Assembly: GCA_951406725.2 (NCBI GenBank) | Contig: OX597823.1 | Location: forward strand, 98,208,001 to 98,272,000 | Origin: Octopus vulgaris | Lineage: Eukaryota | Length of the DNA stretch: 64,000 nucleotides | Direction: 5' to 3' | Notes under the pieces: model-generated | Told to the model about the DNA's origin: nothing | Database searches by the model: none | What the model saw: only the letters and a program-made list of their open reading frames with translations | Part shown: positions 39,563 to 54,287 of the stretch, in pieces | Numbering within the stretch: the first letter of the stretch is position 1 | How the letters are laid out: each line of letters begins with the position of its first letter | Position numbers and translations under genes: made by a program

Positions 39563-39757
39563 TCCGTGTGTCTATGTGTACCCTCACTATTTGACAACTG
39601 GTGTTGTTTTGTTTACGTCCCCGTAACTTTAGCGGTGGTTCAGAAAAAGGGACGGACAGAACAAGTACCAGGCTTTAAAAAAATATGTACTGGAGTCGAT
39701 TTGTTTAACTAAAAGCCTTCAAGGCACTTCTCAGCGTGGCCTCAGTTCAATGACTGT
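39360..39757 (+). mobile_element. SINE family B, decayed
   Basis: Degenerate head, body and tail. Confidence 0.7.
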
Positions 39758-40915
39758 GTTAGTAGGTTACTCTTTGTCATAGAATAGGTTGATTTAATGT
39801 TCTTCGAGCAAAAACTGCTCGTATGGTTAATTATGTTTTCGTGCCCATGAAGTTTGACGATGCCCAGCTTGTTGCTTTGGTAGAATAGCAATTAAATGGA
39901 ATTTGTCGGGGCTTTATTTTCTTCGAAACTATTAACTTCTACTTCGAAAATAAGTGTTTCATGACAGACCAGTGTAATTTTTAAAGATCACATTTGGAAT
40001 ATACATTTTAGCTTTTGTAGAGACGATGAACAGTTAAAAGGGGAGAGGAAGATTGGAAACTGGAATGAGAAATGGAGAGACCAAACAACTATATTTCGGT
40101 TTAATTTGAAAATAGAAAATACGTCATGTAATGTGGATTAGAGCAGTGTTTAACGGGGATGAGATGTAAGAATTGAAAAGCGGTCGGATAAACTGTCAGG
40201 TTTAGTAAAAAAAATTAATATGGCTTTAAGCTTTTAAACTTGTCCAACACTGGTGAAAAAAGAATACAAACTTACAAACTATGGATGTAACCTCTGCTGT
40301 CTTGTTAATAAAAATAGGTGGAAACAAAAAACACTAATTAAAAAACTTTTTGTCAGTTTATCGTTGGGTTTATTCGTAGCCAGGACAGATAAATACAGCA
40401 GAGTGATAATCAGAAACGAGAGATAGCATTATATTCAGATTCGATTGTTTAAAACTTGCTTTTGATTATCACATTTTTATTGAATGGGGTTGATAGCTAT
40501 ATTTTGACTCGATCAATATGTAGATTGATATTCAGTATTTGACGATTATTAAATAAAAGAAGCTAACTACAATATCGAGAGCGCATTCTATTATTGTTGC
40601 CTGTCGTTAGTGAACGTGTTCATCTTGCTGAGTAGAAGCAGTAAGCTCGAGTCTCGCTTACAAAACTTCGCTTTTACTCACTTATTTAATATTTCTTTCT
40701 ATTATAGGAGTGAAGCCTTAAATTTGGTGGGAAGGGGCACATTGACCCTACTGTTCATTTTATTGACTCCGAAAGGGATGAAAGGCAAGTTGACCTCAGA
40801 ATGTAAAACCGACAGAAATGTCGTTCAGCATTTTTGTTCGGCGCGCTAACGATTCTGCCATCTTCCCACCTTCTCCACTATTTATAAAGAATTTGCTCGG
40901 CTCGACGCTATAGTA

Positions 40916-41438
40916 CATGGGCTCTCAAAGTGAGCACTACCGCCACCCTCGGACGTTGAGACAGTCTAGGTGGGCACTGGGGCCTGAGGAGGCGGTGGGG
41001 TGGTAGAGAAAAAGGAGGCGTTGGGAGGAAGGCAGTGAATTGGGGGACGCTATGAATTTATTGTAGTACTGTATACAAATTATATAATATTATATTAAAT
41101 ATCAAATGATTCATAGTATATATAAATTAGTAAAATATAAAATATTTATTAGAGTAGTTGTATACTGTCAACTTAATGTGACAGTCCCATGAAGGGAATC
41201 ACACCAACGCTATTTAGCCCTAGGAAGCAGCAACGCTTCCTGTCGGCCTTGACACATTTCCTGTGTCCTTATGTTTACAAGGGGGAGACAAGCACCTCCA
41301 CCCAGCTAAGCCTGCATTCAGAGATTAGTTTCTGAGTCTTTGCTCGTCATCAGTCTGGAGTAAAAATAGTGGTGGGGACGCTGAGGGTATTATGTGGCCA
41401 TGAGGCGGACAGTGGCCCAAAAAGTTTGAGAACCCCTG
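40916..41438. mobile_element. hAT MITE
   Basis: CATGGGCTCTCAAA...TTTGAGAACCCCTG TIRs and 8-bp TSD CTATAGTA/CCATAGTA; it interrupts a decayed SINE B segment. Confidence 0.8.
41302..41358 (-). ncRNA. Decayed hammerhead ribozyme motif in a PLE-like fragment (~41160-41365)
   Basis: ccaga CTGATGA cGAGcaaagaCTCa GAAACTAA...TTAG-ctgg; the cleavage triplet appears deleted. Confidence 0.45.
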
Positions 41439-41549
41439 CCATAGTAGAAGGTACATGTCTAAGGTATCAGGCAGTATTTTTTGCAGAAAAAAAAGAAAAA
41501 CTACGTAAATTAAAACTTGCTAACGACTCGTCGTAGTGTAGATATCTCT

Positions 41550-41756
41550 TATCATTTACTTGTTTCAGTCATTAGACTGCAGCAATGCTTGTCTTCCGCC
41601 TTGACAACATTTTAATCGAATGAATCGACACCAATACTTATGTTTCTTTAAAGCCTGGTACTTATTCTATGGGTCTCTTTTGCCGAACAGCTAAGATACG
41701 GGAACATAAACACACCAACATCTGTTGTCAAGCGCCGAAGGTGGACACACACATAC

Positions 41757-41812
<56 letters not shown>

Positions 41813-41922
41813 CAGGCTTCTTTCAGTTTCCATCTACCAAATCCACTCACAAAGCTTAGGTTGGCCCGAAGCTATAGTAGAAGACACTTGCTCAAGGTGT
41901 CACGCAGTGGGACTGAACCCGG
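41550..41922 (-). mobile_element. SINE family B, 5' head lost
   Basis: Consensus match ending CTGAACCCGG, fused to the next element. Confidence 0.85.
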
Positions 41923-42137
41923 AGTGGTCAAGGAGTCAGTGGTAAATTAGATAGAAGAATAAATAAAAGAATAAAATACAAAAATATATAGAAGAATAGA
42001 GTTTTAGGTAAATAAGGAAATTCTCAACACACACACATATACATACACACATACATACACACATACATACACACATACATACACACACACCCATATATAT
42101 ATATATATATACACACACACATATACATACATATATC

Positions 42138-42193
<56 letters not shown>

Positions 42194-42383
42194 CATACAT
42201 ACACATATACACACACACATGTATATATACACACACACGACCACACACACATACACACAAAAAAATATATACATACACACACATACACATACATACATAC
42301 ACACACATATCCACATACACACATGCACACACAACACACAAGTCCCTATGTACTCATATATACATATACACATATATGTATGT

Positions 42384-42425
<42 letters not shown>

Positions 42426-42959
42426 ACATATGTGTACCTATTCATACACATATATGTACGTATATACACACACACACATATACACATATATACACACACA
42501 TACATACATATGTGTACCTATTCATACCTATACATACACACATATATACATACAATTACAAACCCATTCCCTAATTTTAATTTTATTATCTTCATTTATT
42601 ACTTTTGTTATCTTTGACCGCTGGTCACAAACATCTTGGCTAGTCCCTTTTATCTTTCTACTTGAGCACAAGCACTCACTCACGCACGCACACTCATTAG
42701 CACGCACACACACTCTCATTCGTACACTCATACACATACACGCACGCACGCATTATATTCATACATACATACATCTACATACATACACGTATATACACAT
42801 ACGTACGCGTACCTACAGATTCATGTCTACAATCTTAGAAGACTAGTCTATACATATACACCAAATATATATACACACATACATATACACCTACATACAA
42901 ATACATACATACATATATATACACACATATATATATACATACACACATACACATACACA

Positions 42960-42993
<34 letters not shown>

Positions 42994-43168
42994 CACATAT
43001 ATACATATATATACATACATATATATATACACATATCCGCATACATACATACATACATACACCCATACATACATACATATATACACGCATACACACACCC
43101 ACACGTATACATATACATACATATACGCGCATGCATACACATACAAATACATACACATACACATATAC

Positions 43169-43209
<41 letters not shown>

Positions 43210-43284
43210 CATACATATACATACATACATATACATATATACACACACACATACATACACATATACACATACACATATACATGC

Positions 43285-43335
<51 letters not shown>

Positions 43336-43344
43336 TATATATGC

Positions 43345-43396
<52 letters not shown>

Positions 43397-43665
43397 GTAG
43401 GTCCCGGGTTGAGTCGGGGTTAACCACAGTAAATAAGGTACTCAATACATAGCAGAGTAAATTAATTTATTTTATAGAAGGAGCTTCTACAGGACTAGAA
43501 CTGTTTCATTCAAATGAAATCATCAGGAAGCTTTGTGTCAAGAATAGTTTTGGCATTTATACATTTAGGTGTGTCGGCGAGTGGGTAGGTCGAGGTCAAA
43601 ATAAAAATAAAAATAAAAATAAAATAGGGGAGGAAATGTGTGTGTATATGTGTGCATGTATACAC

Positions 43666-43721
<56 letters not shown>

Positions 43722-44010
43722 ATGTGTATGTATATATATGAGTGTGTGTGTGTATGGGTGTGTATATTCTTTTTATATATATGTGTGTAGATATATGTGT
43801 GCGTGTGCTTGCATATAGTCTTCTTATTTACCTAAAACTCTCTTCTATTATTCTACTTATTCATTTGTCTACTTTATCACTGATTCTTTTGACCACTCCC
43901 CTAAGAAAGACAGTTTGCGCCATGCCTACCCCAAAAAGTCCCCCACCACCACCCCTTTAAATCTGCCTAAATGTATAAATGCCAAAACTATTCTTGACAC
44001 AAAGCTTCCT
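41922..44010 (-). mobile_element. Non-coding HHR-bearing PLE-derived/retrozyme-like element, copy 1
   Basis: Body homologous to 57666-58380. Upstream pLTR with HHR at 43398-43570, plus an inverted copy (43820-44010) that stops at AAGCTTCCT. Confidence 0.75.
43482..43532 (-). ncRNA. Type I hammerhead ribozyme
   Basis: AGCTTC CTGATGA tTTC-attt-GAAt GAAACAG ttctagtc CTGTA/GAAGCT. Stem I 6 bp, stem III 4 bp, complete core, GUA cleavage. Confidence 0.88.
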
Positions 44011-44074
<64 letters not shown>

Positions 44075-44105
44075 AGAAAGAAAGAAGCAACAAGAATGGA
44101 TTGGA

Positions 44106-44196
44106 TTTTAGTACAATTGTTTCATACAAAGACAGGCTTTATTACAAGTTGCAAAAATTGCAGCAGATAAAAGTGTCCCGTACTCATCAGCTAAAA
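44106..44196 (-). ncRNA. Minimal type I hammerhead ribozyme (inverted copy)
   Basis: Reverse complement of 44535-44625. Confidence 0.82.
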
Positions 44197-44534
44197 TACA
44201 TTTGAGTTCTCTAGACATCTTAGTGGGTGAGGTTATACTCATGAAATATTGGAGATAGTTCCATTAGAGGCAGATATAGGTTGTAAACAGTTTTCCAAAG
44301 TTCCTTAATGATGATGCACAGTCTCATATCTCTGGAAATTTAAATCTACACTATGGATTGATTCATCTTCTCTTCGAAACTAATGAGCTTTTAAAAATCT
44401 GTGATAAGACTGTGCATCATCATTAAGGAACTTTGGAAAACTGTTTACAACCTATATCTGCCTCTAATGGAACTATCTCCAATATTTCATGAGTATAACC
44501 TCACCCACTAAGATGTCTAGAGAACTCAAATGTA

Positions 44535-44625
44535 TTTTAGCTGATGAGTACGGGACACTTTTATCTGCTGCAATTTTTGCAACTTGTAATAAAGCCTGTC
44601 TTTGTATGAAACAATTGTACTAAAA
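44535..44625 (+). ncRNA. Minimal type I hammerhead ribozyme
   Basis: TTTTAG CTGATGA GTACGGGACA...TGTCTTTGTAT GAAAC AATT GTA/CTAAAA. Stem I 6 bp, extended stem II, palindromic loop III. Confidence 0.85.
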
Positions 44626-44775
44626 ACCAATCCATTCTTGTTGCTTCTTTCTCGTTTATAATCACCCCACATTACTGTATGGATAACACCATATAGTTTT
44701 TCTGGTACATCTAAGTTAAGTACCACATTCAAGTAAATTCATTGGAAGTTACTTGAATCTCAATTGCTTTGATTG

Positions 44776-44849
<74 letters not shown>

Positions 44850-44851
<2 letters not shown>

Positions 44852-45255
44852 CTTAGGGGTGGCCGTGTGGTAAGTAGCTTGCTAACCAACCACATGGTTC
44901 CGGGTTCAGTCCCACTGCGTGGCATCTTGGGCAAGTGTCTTCTGCTATAGCCCCGGGCCAACCAATGCCTTGTGAATGGATTTGGTAGACGGAAACTGAA
45001 AGAAGCCTGTCGTATATATATGTATATATGTGTATGTGTGTGTGTGTGTTTGTCCCCGTAGCATTGCTTGACAACCGATGCTGGTGTGTTTACGTCCCCG
45101 TCACTTAGCGGTTCGGCAAAAGAGACCGATAGAATAAGTACTGGGCTTACAAAGAATAAGTCCCGGGGTCGATTTGCTCGACTAAAAAGGCGGTGCTCCA
45201 GCATGGCCGCAGTCAAATGACTGAAACAAGTAAAAGAGTAAAAGAGTAAAGAGAG
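44850..45255 (+). mobile_element. SINE family B, young copy
   Basis: Near-consensus with an (AAAGAGTA)n tail. Confidence 0.92.
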
Positions 45256-45388
45256 TATATATATATATATATATATAATTTTAATCCAAACGGGAAACAA
45301 AAAAACAACAACAATGGAACAATTACAGTATTATTATTAATAGGCGCTCAGGAAATGGAAGCAGGGAGATATATATATATATATATAT

Positions 45389-45595
45389 CTTTTACTCTTT
45401 TACTTGTTTCAGTCATTTGACTGCGGCCATGCTGGAGCACCGCCTTTAGTCGAGCAAATCGACCCCGGAACTTATTCTTTGTAAGCCCAGTACTTATTCT
45501 ATCGGTCTCTTTTGCCGAACTGCTATGTGACGGGGACGTAAACACACCAGCATCGGTTGTCAGGCAATGCTAGGGGGACAAACACAGACACACAA

Positions 45596-45636
<41 letters not shown>

Positions 45637-45799
45637 ACAGGCTTCTTTCAGTTTCCGTCTACCAAATCCACTCACAAGGCATTGGTCGGCCCGGGGCTAT
45701 AGCAGAAGACACTTGCCCAAGATGCCACGCAGTGGGACTGAACCCGGAACCATGTGGTTGGTTAGCAAGCTACTTACCACACAGCCACTCCTGCGCCTA
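45389..45799 (-). mobile_element. SINE family B, young copy
   Basis: Full-length reverse-complement copy. Confidence 0.92.
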
Positions 45800-47395
<1,596 letters not shown>

Positions 47396-47534
47396 TCTAA
47401 GAAATGGGGTGGTGTTTAAGTAACATTAAAGAAAATTTGAAGTTTAAAAATTATTATAAATTTGCACTATTCGTGTTTCCGTATACAAGAGAATCATTCC
47501 TAAAAATATTTTTGAAATGCCTTCTTAGTTGCTG

Positions 47535-48065
47535 GTACAGATGTATAGTTAAGAAGTTTGCCTTACGATTACGTTGTTTCGGGATCAGTCCCACCACGCT
47601 GTACCTTAGGCAAGTGCCCTTTTACTATAGCGCCGAACCGGCCAATGATTCGTGAGTGAATCTTTTGGCAAAAGCTGTACAGAAGACCGTCGTATCGAAG
47701 GTTCGGTAACTAGAGACCAACAATATTAGATTTGAATTTGATCGACTAAGCTCTTCAAGAAGGGAACCGAAACTGACGCGCTCTAACAGCGCGAAAATTT
47801 TCACGCATGCGCAGGAAGGATTGCGTCACCTCCCACCCTGAGTATTTTGCCCGCGCGACATTAATTTTGACGGGAAATAAGTTGGATACTGACAACCGGT
47901 GTTGGTGCCTTTACGTCCTCGTACATTAGTCCGACAAAAAGAGACCGATGGAATAAATACCAGATTTAAAAAAGACAAGTACTGGGGCAATTTGTTCGAA
48001 TAAGCCCTTTAAGACGATGCCCCAGCATGACCACAATCTAGTGATTGAAGCAAGTAAAAGATAAC
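47535..48065 (+). mobile_element. SINE family B, decayed and interrupted
   Basis: Degenerate head (47535-47695) and tail (47890-48065). Confidence 0.6.
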
Positions 48066-48740
48066 AGATACTCTTCAAAACAATGTGTTCTAGATCTAGC
48101 ACTTTATCCTCGTTAAACAATTCAGCCTTTTTTCTGCCTCGAGGATATAACCTAACCTACATAGAAACTCGCAACGATGTGTCATATTCACAATAAAACA
48201 AATTTAATCTTGCCAAACTCCTGACCTACCACCTCGCTTGCCCCTCACCTAATACCGGAAATGTCTACCTACATTTGTAAACATTTATATTTCACCACCT
48301 TAAATCCCTTTCTCGTCTCAATGACAGCTACCACTGTTTTAGTCTCTCCTGTTACAGACGACAGACGAGGGTTCTGTAATTACTTGCTGAACAATTTGAA
48401 CAGATGACTTTTTTTTATATAGTGATCAGATGTTTGTGCCTGTGCATTAGCTCACTCCCTCCATCAAATTCACATTACCTATACGGGTACGCCGGGTGTC
48501 ACACGTCAGATGTCCCGTGCGGTCCGCTTCTTGGAAAAGGTTGTCCACGCCTGCCTAAGGACAATTAAACTTCTCTCTAGGGCCTAAAGAGATGTTTCGT
48601 TGCTATTTCTAGCAGGTCGGACGGTCATATGGAGGCTTTTCACTAGCTTCAGTTTTTTTGGTTAATTTCTATTTGATAGTTTAATGTGGCAAACGCCAAA
48701 ACGCAAGTGATTACACCACAGTAGGTATTTACTTTACTGT

Positions 48741-48944
48741 AAGGCGGCGAGCTGGCAGAAACGTTAGCACGCCGGGCGAAATGCATAGCCGTATTTCGTC
48801 ACGTTGTGAGCTCAAATTCCGCCGAGGTCGACTTTGCCTTTCATCCTCTCAGGGTCAATAAATTAAGTACCAGGGGTCGATGTAATCGACTTAATACCTA
48901 TGTCTGTCCCCTTTATGTTTAGCCCCTTGTGGGTAATAAAGAAA
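48741..48944 (+). mobile_element. SINE family A
   Basis: 19-bp TSD, TAGGTATTTACTTTACTGT. Confidence 0.92.
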
Positions 48945-50462
48945 TAGGTATTTACTTTACTGTTTTGAAGTCAATATGGCTGACCACCCATTAGTGGAAA
49001 CGAGAGATCAAATAATCGAGTATGGCAAAATTGGGTTTGAATTGAACGTTTATGATTTGCAATAGTTTAAAGTGAATTTAATATTGATTTCTAAAGTAAA
49101 CACGACCCCAAACATGGGAATGGATATTGTTCATTAAATCGATCCTATGTACTTGACTGGTACTTTATTTTATCGACCCTGGAACGATGAAAGGTAAAGT
49201 TACCTCGGCAGAATTCAAAACGTAAAGAGCTGTAACTAAATAGTGCAAATCCTTAAAGATGAATTAATATTGTTTCAATATTTTTGGCAGGTAATTTGCA
49301 GGATTGGTAGAGCGAAGGTGACACAAAGTCTTAGGTATTTAGTTCGAGACTGTGGTGGTGGGTGAGAAGCTAGCGAGGTCGAGTTAATGAACTCCACCCT
49401 CTTACAAAGCGCATCGACTGACGTCAATGTTAAGAAACCAACATTAACCATTTTGTAGGTGTCCTTTCTTTCCTTTTTTTCCCTATTAATATTCATTAAC
49501 ATTTTTGTTTTCCATATTTTCAAAGATAACTTTGTTTTTGATAGATGTGCATAACTGCTCACATGAAAACAATACAACAATATTATACGGTTGTACATTA
49601 ATTTACCACAAATATCTAGGTGTGTTCAACAGCGTATTGTATTTAATTGCGTCGTTTTTAAACCACTCTTTTTCGTTTTGTGTGTAGTTCCTTCATTTGC
49701 GGTCCGACGACTTTGTATCGCTCCGCTTTTAAAATCTAGAGTATGTGTTATTCTTTAATGCTTGTCTCTCCCATCGAAAGTCCACCAACGTCCCCCAGGC
49801 GCACCTTTTAATGGCGACACAGTTACATTACTAACTCTTAGGATGCGTGTGGTATTTTTCACGAAATTTTGTAAGTGGTTCTATCTTATCCCTCCAAAAC
49901 ATTTCTAAATAATGATTTAATTTGCTCAAAAATGCTTCTATTTCTTGACAATATTCGACGAAAACTCAATAATTTAGCGAACCAAGAAATAAACATTTCA
50001 AGCCTCCAGATAAAAAGCGTCAATACCAAATAGTCATCCATAAAATTCTCTTTTATCAGTTGTCTGATCAAATATTTTTCGAATTTCTTTTATCACGATA
50101 GTTAACGCTGAGTGAAGCTTGTTGCAACTGCATCTTTACGTTAATCAATGCATTCTGTATCTCCAGAGACCAGTTTCAGATTACCACAGTGTACATGCGA
50201 TAAGGTTACCACTTAAAATCAAAACAACGTTTCCCCTTGATTATTGGACATTTTTCTTAGAGATAGTTCGCGACGGAGCTCTCTCTCTCTTTTCAGCATA
50301 ACGTAAATTTAACAAGAGAGGCAAAGACATTTGTGTGTGAGTATCCAATAATATGGCTTCATATTTTTTCTTGTATCTAATTACAATCTAAGATCCATTA
50401 ATGAATACTCCTTGCTTTTAATACTATCTTTACAAATGGATGAATCGTTTTTCTTTCTGTTT

Positions 50463-50635
50463 GCTGGCAGAATCGTTCGCACACCGAGCAAATTACTTAT
50501 TGGCATTTCGCCCGTCTTTACGCCAAGATCAACTTTGCCTTTCAGCCTTTCTGGGTCGATAAAATAAGCACCAGTTGGGCTCTGGAGTCGATGTAATCCC
50601 CCAAATTGCTGGCATTGTGCCGAAATTTGAAATCA
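50463..50635 (+). mobile_element. SINE family A, decayed
   Basis: GCTGGCAGAATCGTT...CTTTGCCTTTCAGCCTTTCTGGGTCGATAAAATAAG. Confidence 0.7.
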
Positions 50636-50822
50636 GTTTTGAAATTCACCGATAGTCGAATTTTTTAGGCATTCTTTCGTTTTTATTTACTATTCAGCAT
50701 GTCCAAACACCCCCTCCTCCAAATTTCCTCGGATTCCATTTTTTTTTTGAAAAACGGTAATTACGAATTGCCTCTCGCGCTCCTTCACTTTTCCCCCTCA
50801 CTACTCCTATTTTTATTTCGTT

Positions 50823-51202
50823 TTTGGCATACCTACTCAAGTATGTTTGTCAGATTTTGTTTCCTCATATCTTTCACAAAAATGAATATTTTTTTAATGA
50901 AATTTTCTACACATACCTTTTGAATAGTGTAGATTCTGATTACATCGGAATGTCTTGTGAAAATTTTTTCCGGTGACTTTGTTTCCTCATAACTTTCAGA
51001 AAAATGGGTATTCTTTAATTGTTGTACACATACCTTTCATATGGTTTTTATCAAAATTTAAATGTAGAAAGAAAAAAAAAGAAGGTCGATGTGCACATAC
51101 ATATTAACGAGCATCACATAATTTTTTTAACATTTCAAGTTTTATGTTTTTTGATATATATGTGGTGTGTTTCAGTATGTATGTGTCTGCACTCAACATT
51201 TT

Positions 51203-51240
<38 letters not shown>

Positions 51241-52518
51241 TTCTGATATAATTGTAATCTTTACCATCTAAAGAGTATTTGTAAAAAATTTCTCTAAAAA
51301 GTATACAGTTTTCTGAATGTTATGAAGAAACAAAGTTGGGTTGGAGGGCACACGTGTGTAGGTAGGCCCAAATTTCCACGTGAAACTTGTAATTCCCTTG
51401 CTGGTATGGATTAGACAGTTTGACTGGAACTTGTGAGCTGGAGAACTGTACCAGGCCACAGTTTGATTTGGCTTGTTTTCTATGGCTCAATGCCTTTCCT
51501 AACACCAACCACCCCAAGAGTGGGTGCCTTTTATGTGTCACCTGAAAACTGCAAATCTGAATTTTTTTCTTTTCTTTTTTTTTTTTTTTTGCATGCTAGA
51601 TAATTTCCAATTCTATTATATTGAAATGCCAACTCCGTATTTAATGTATATGAAGTGAGAAAATTTTCATGTTTCCAATGTATTATATTTTTTTCAGTAA
51701 TTATTTCTTTTTAAACCCTGCAAAACAAAATTTTCTCTTACTCAAATTTTTCTCTAGAAAATAAACTGTTTTATCATTTAAATATAGCTGTGGTAATTTA
51801 TTATTAATGCAATGGCTGGTGCTACACATGTTCAGTTATGGCATTTATTGAAATATTTTAGAATGTCTGAAGAGCATATTCTCCATTGTAATAACTCATT
51901 TGCATATTCCTCTTTTAAAGTATTTAATTAAAATGGCATTCATTTAGTGTCACACCTACACAAGTGTCACCCCCCCCCAACACTGACTTTGTTTCCTCAT
52001 AACTTTCAGAAAAATGGGAAACTTTCTACAAGTACCTTTCAGATGGTGTAGATTACAATTGTATCAGAATTTAAAGTAAAAAAAAAAGGAAAATTGGTGG
52101 GCACTTGCACATACATATTGATGCATATTACATATAGCTACAACATGAAACTTGATATTTTGAAAAGATCATGTGAGGTGTATCAGTATATATGTGTGCA
52201 CCCACCGGATTTCTTGTTTTTTTTTCACATTAACTTCTGATCTAATTGTAATTTATATCATCTGAAAGATATTTGTAGAAAATTTCATTAAAACCATATC
52301 CATTTTTCTGAAAGTTGTAAGGAAACAAAGTTAACTGATATGAATTATCCAAAACTCCTCTCCCTACCTCTGAAAATCTTTTCACAAATATTCTGGGATA
52401 ATTGGAATCTATACCATCTGAAATGTACATGTAGAAAATTTCATTACAAAACATCCATTTTTCTGAAGGTTATGACGAAACAAAGCTGGTGGAGGCACAC
52501 TTATATAGGTAGGCCCAC
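50823..52518. mobile_element. Two fold-back MITE-like elements (~50823-51371 and ~51945-52518) with repeated subterminal units
   Basis: The unit CTTTGTTTCCTCATAACTTTCAGAAAAATGG occurs direct at 50860, 50978 and 51987 and inverted at 51310, 52300 and 52455. Confidence 0.6.
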
Positions 52519-54287
52519 TTAGTGTTAACCTATATTGTAAAATATCAATAGTGAAAAACCTTTTAAGGGAAATTCATCTCACATCACTGGGCAATCTTTA
52601 TTCATCTGGATGATTGTAAAAATTTGTCAATGTAACTGATACAATTGAGAGTATAGATGAAAACAACATTGGAGATAAAAACTGTATGTCATGAAGAGTT
52701 TTAGGGAAAATGGTAACATTTTGATCCTTGTACATATAATATGGAAGACAAAAGGAAACAAACTATACAAATTGTAAACAAATGATTGTTAATAAACAAA
52801 AATCGTCAGTAATCAATAATAAGAACTTCTAAATGCAGCTGATTTATTTTATTTTAATGCTTTTATTTTTTAGTTTAAAAACAAGTTTTTATGGTAGAAG
52901 ATTGGGGGAAAAAATTAAACAAAATCACTTTTGGCATACAACAGGAGTACATTGACATACACATAAAAAGCACCTGGTCCACTCTGGAAAGTAGTTAGTG
53001 TTAGGAAGGGAATCTAGTTGTAAAAACCATGTCAAAGTAGACATTAGAGCCATGGTTCCCAACCTTTTCACTACCAAGGACTCCTTTTATACATCAATCA
53101 TGGGCAAACTGTAGCTTGTGGGACTTTCTGAATGGTATGCCATTGACAAAGTACCTTATATTGTTTTAGCAGTGTAGCCTGCCTGATGATGAACCATGCC
53201 TTTTATGGTCTACTTCTTGAAAAAGATTACCTGTACTTTGGCATAAATACTGAAAATTTTGGATCTTCCTTTTACTTCATTCAGTAATGTCAGCAGAGTT
53301 TGTTCTCCTTTGTTGTAATACTATGTAGAAAACTCGAAAGATCACATTTTAACATTTTATCTCATTTTAATCTATTCACTAAGTCATTTACTAAATGGAG
53401 CCACTATATTTACATTTCCCAGTTTAGTTTCTAAAATCTGTTCTTTACACATATTACCCAACAGTGATTTAGTAATTTAAATCTTTTTTTTTTGTTTTTT
53501 CTACAAGTTGTTACTCACTGACTACTGACCTGAATGCAACAAATTTAGAAATTATTGCTATCTTCTTTCTGTCCTTTTGTATTTATTGCAATATAAAATA
53601 GTTATTTAAACTTACCCACCTACAAAGGAATGTTCACAATTTAGCTTTGTTACCTGCAAGACATTAAATCTGAATAGTTTAACTTTGTATGGATTGACAG
53701 ACACTAAAGTTGAAAAAGAAATTTAGTCATACTCTTGACATTTTTTCATATCTTATAGGTGGGCTTGTGCATTATTTCCATCATGAAAACAGTTTCAAAC
53801 TACTGCTGCAGTCTAATAAATACACATTTTTCTTTGTTCTCAAACTCTGTGTAGGCAGTTGTAGATTGCCAGGTCAGTAAGACCAGTACTGAATTGTGTT
53901 TTCTAAGATATTTTAATCGTAATGGCCTCTCATTAAAATAAGACACTTAACTGATGTTCCTCTTTATAACTGCTAGAAGAATAGGAGCCATATTTATAAA
54001 CGTTTTTTCTGACACCCAATATGCCTGTCATTATTTTTCAGTAAACATCAATATCACTTGTTAACATTCTATTATAATTCCATTTACATCTAAGATACAT
54101 TGTAGGAAATATTAGATCTACATATTAGATCCAACTTAATACTTCATTGGTATTTGATCTTGGTGGGATTTGAACTAAGGGAGGTTCATTAATAAACACT
54201 ATTCATTGTTCTAATGATTTTGCTAATTACTACTCTGTTATGCTGCTGTTTGGAAACATTGGGCGTGAGCAGATATAAAGGAAATTC

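Larger units (their letters stand above)
44073..44775 (+). mobile_element. PLE pLTR with 245-bp inverted duplication, inserted in (TA)n
   Basis: Arms 44080-44324 and 44407-44651 are near-perfect inverted copies; a 3' extension follows the plus arm. Confidence 0.82.
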
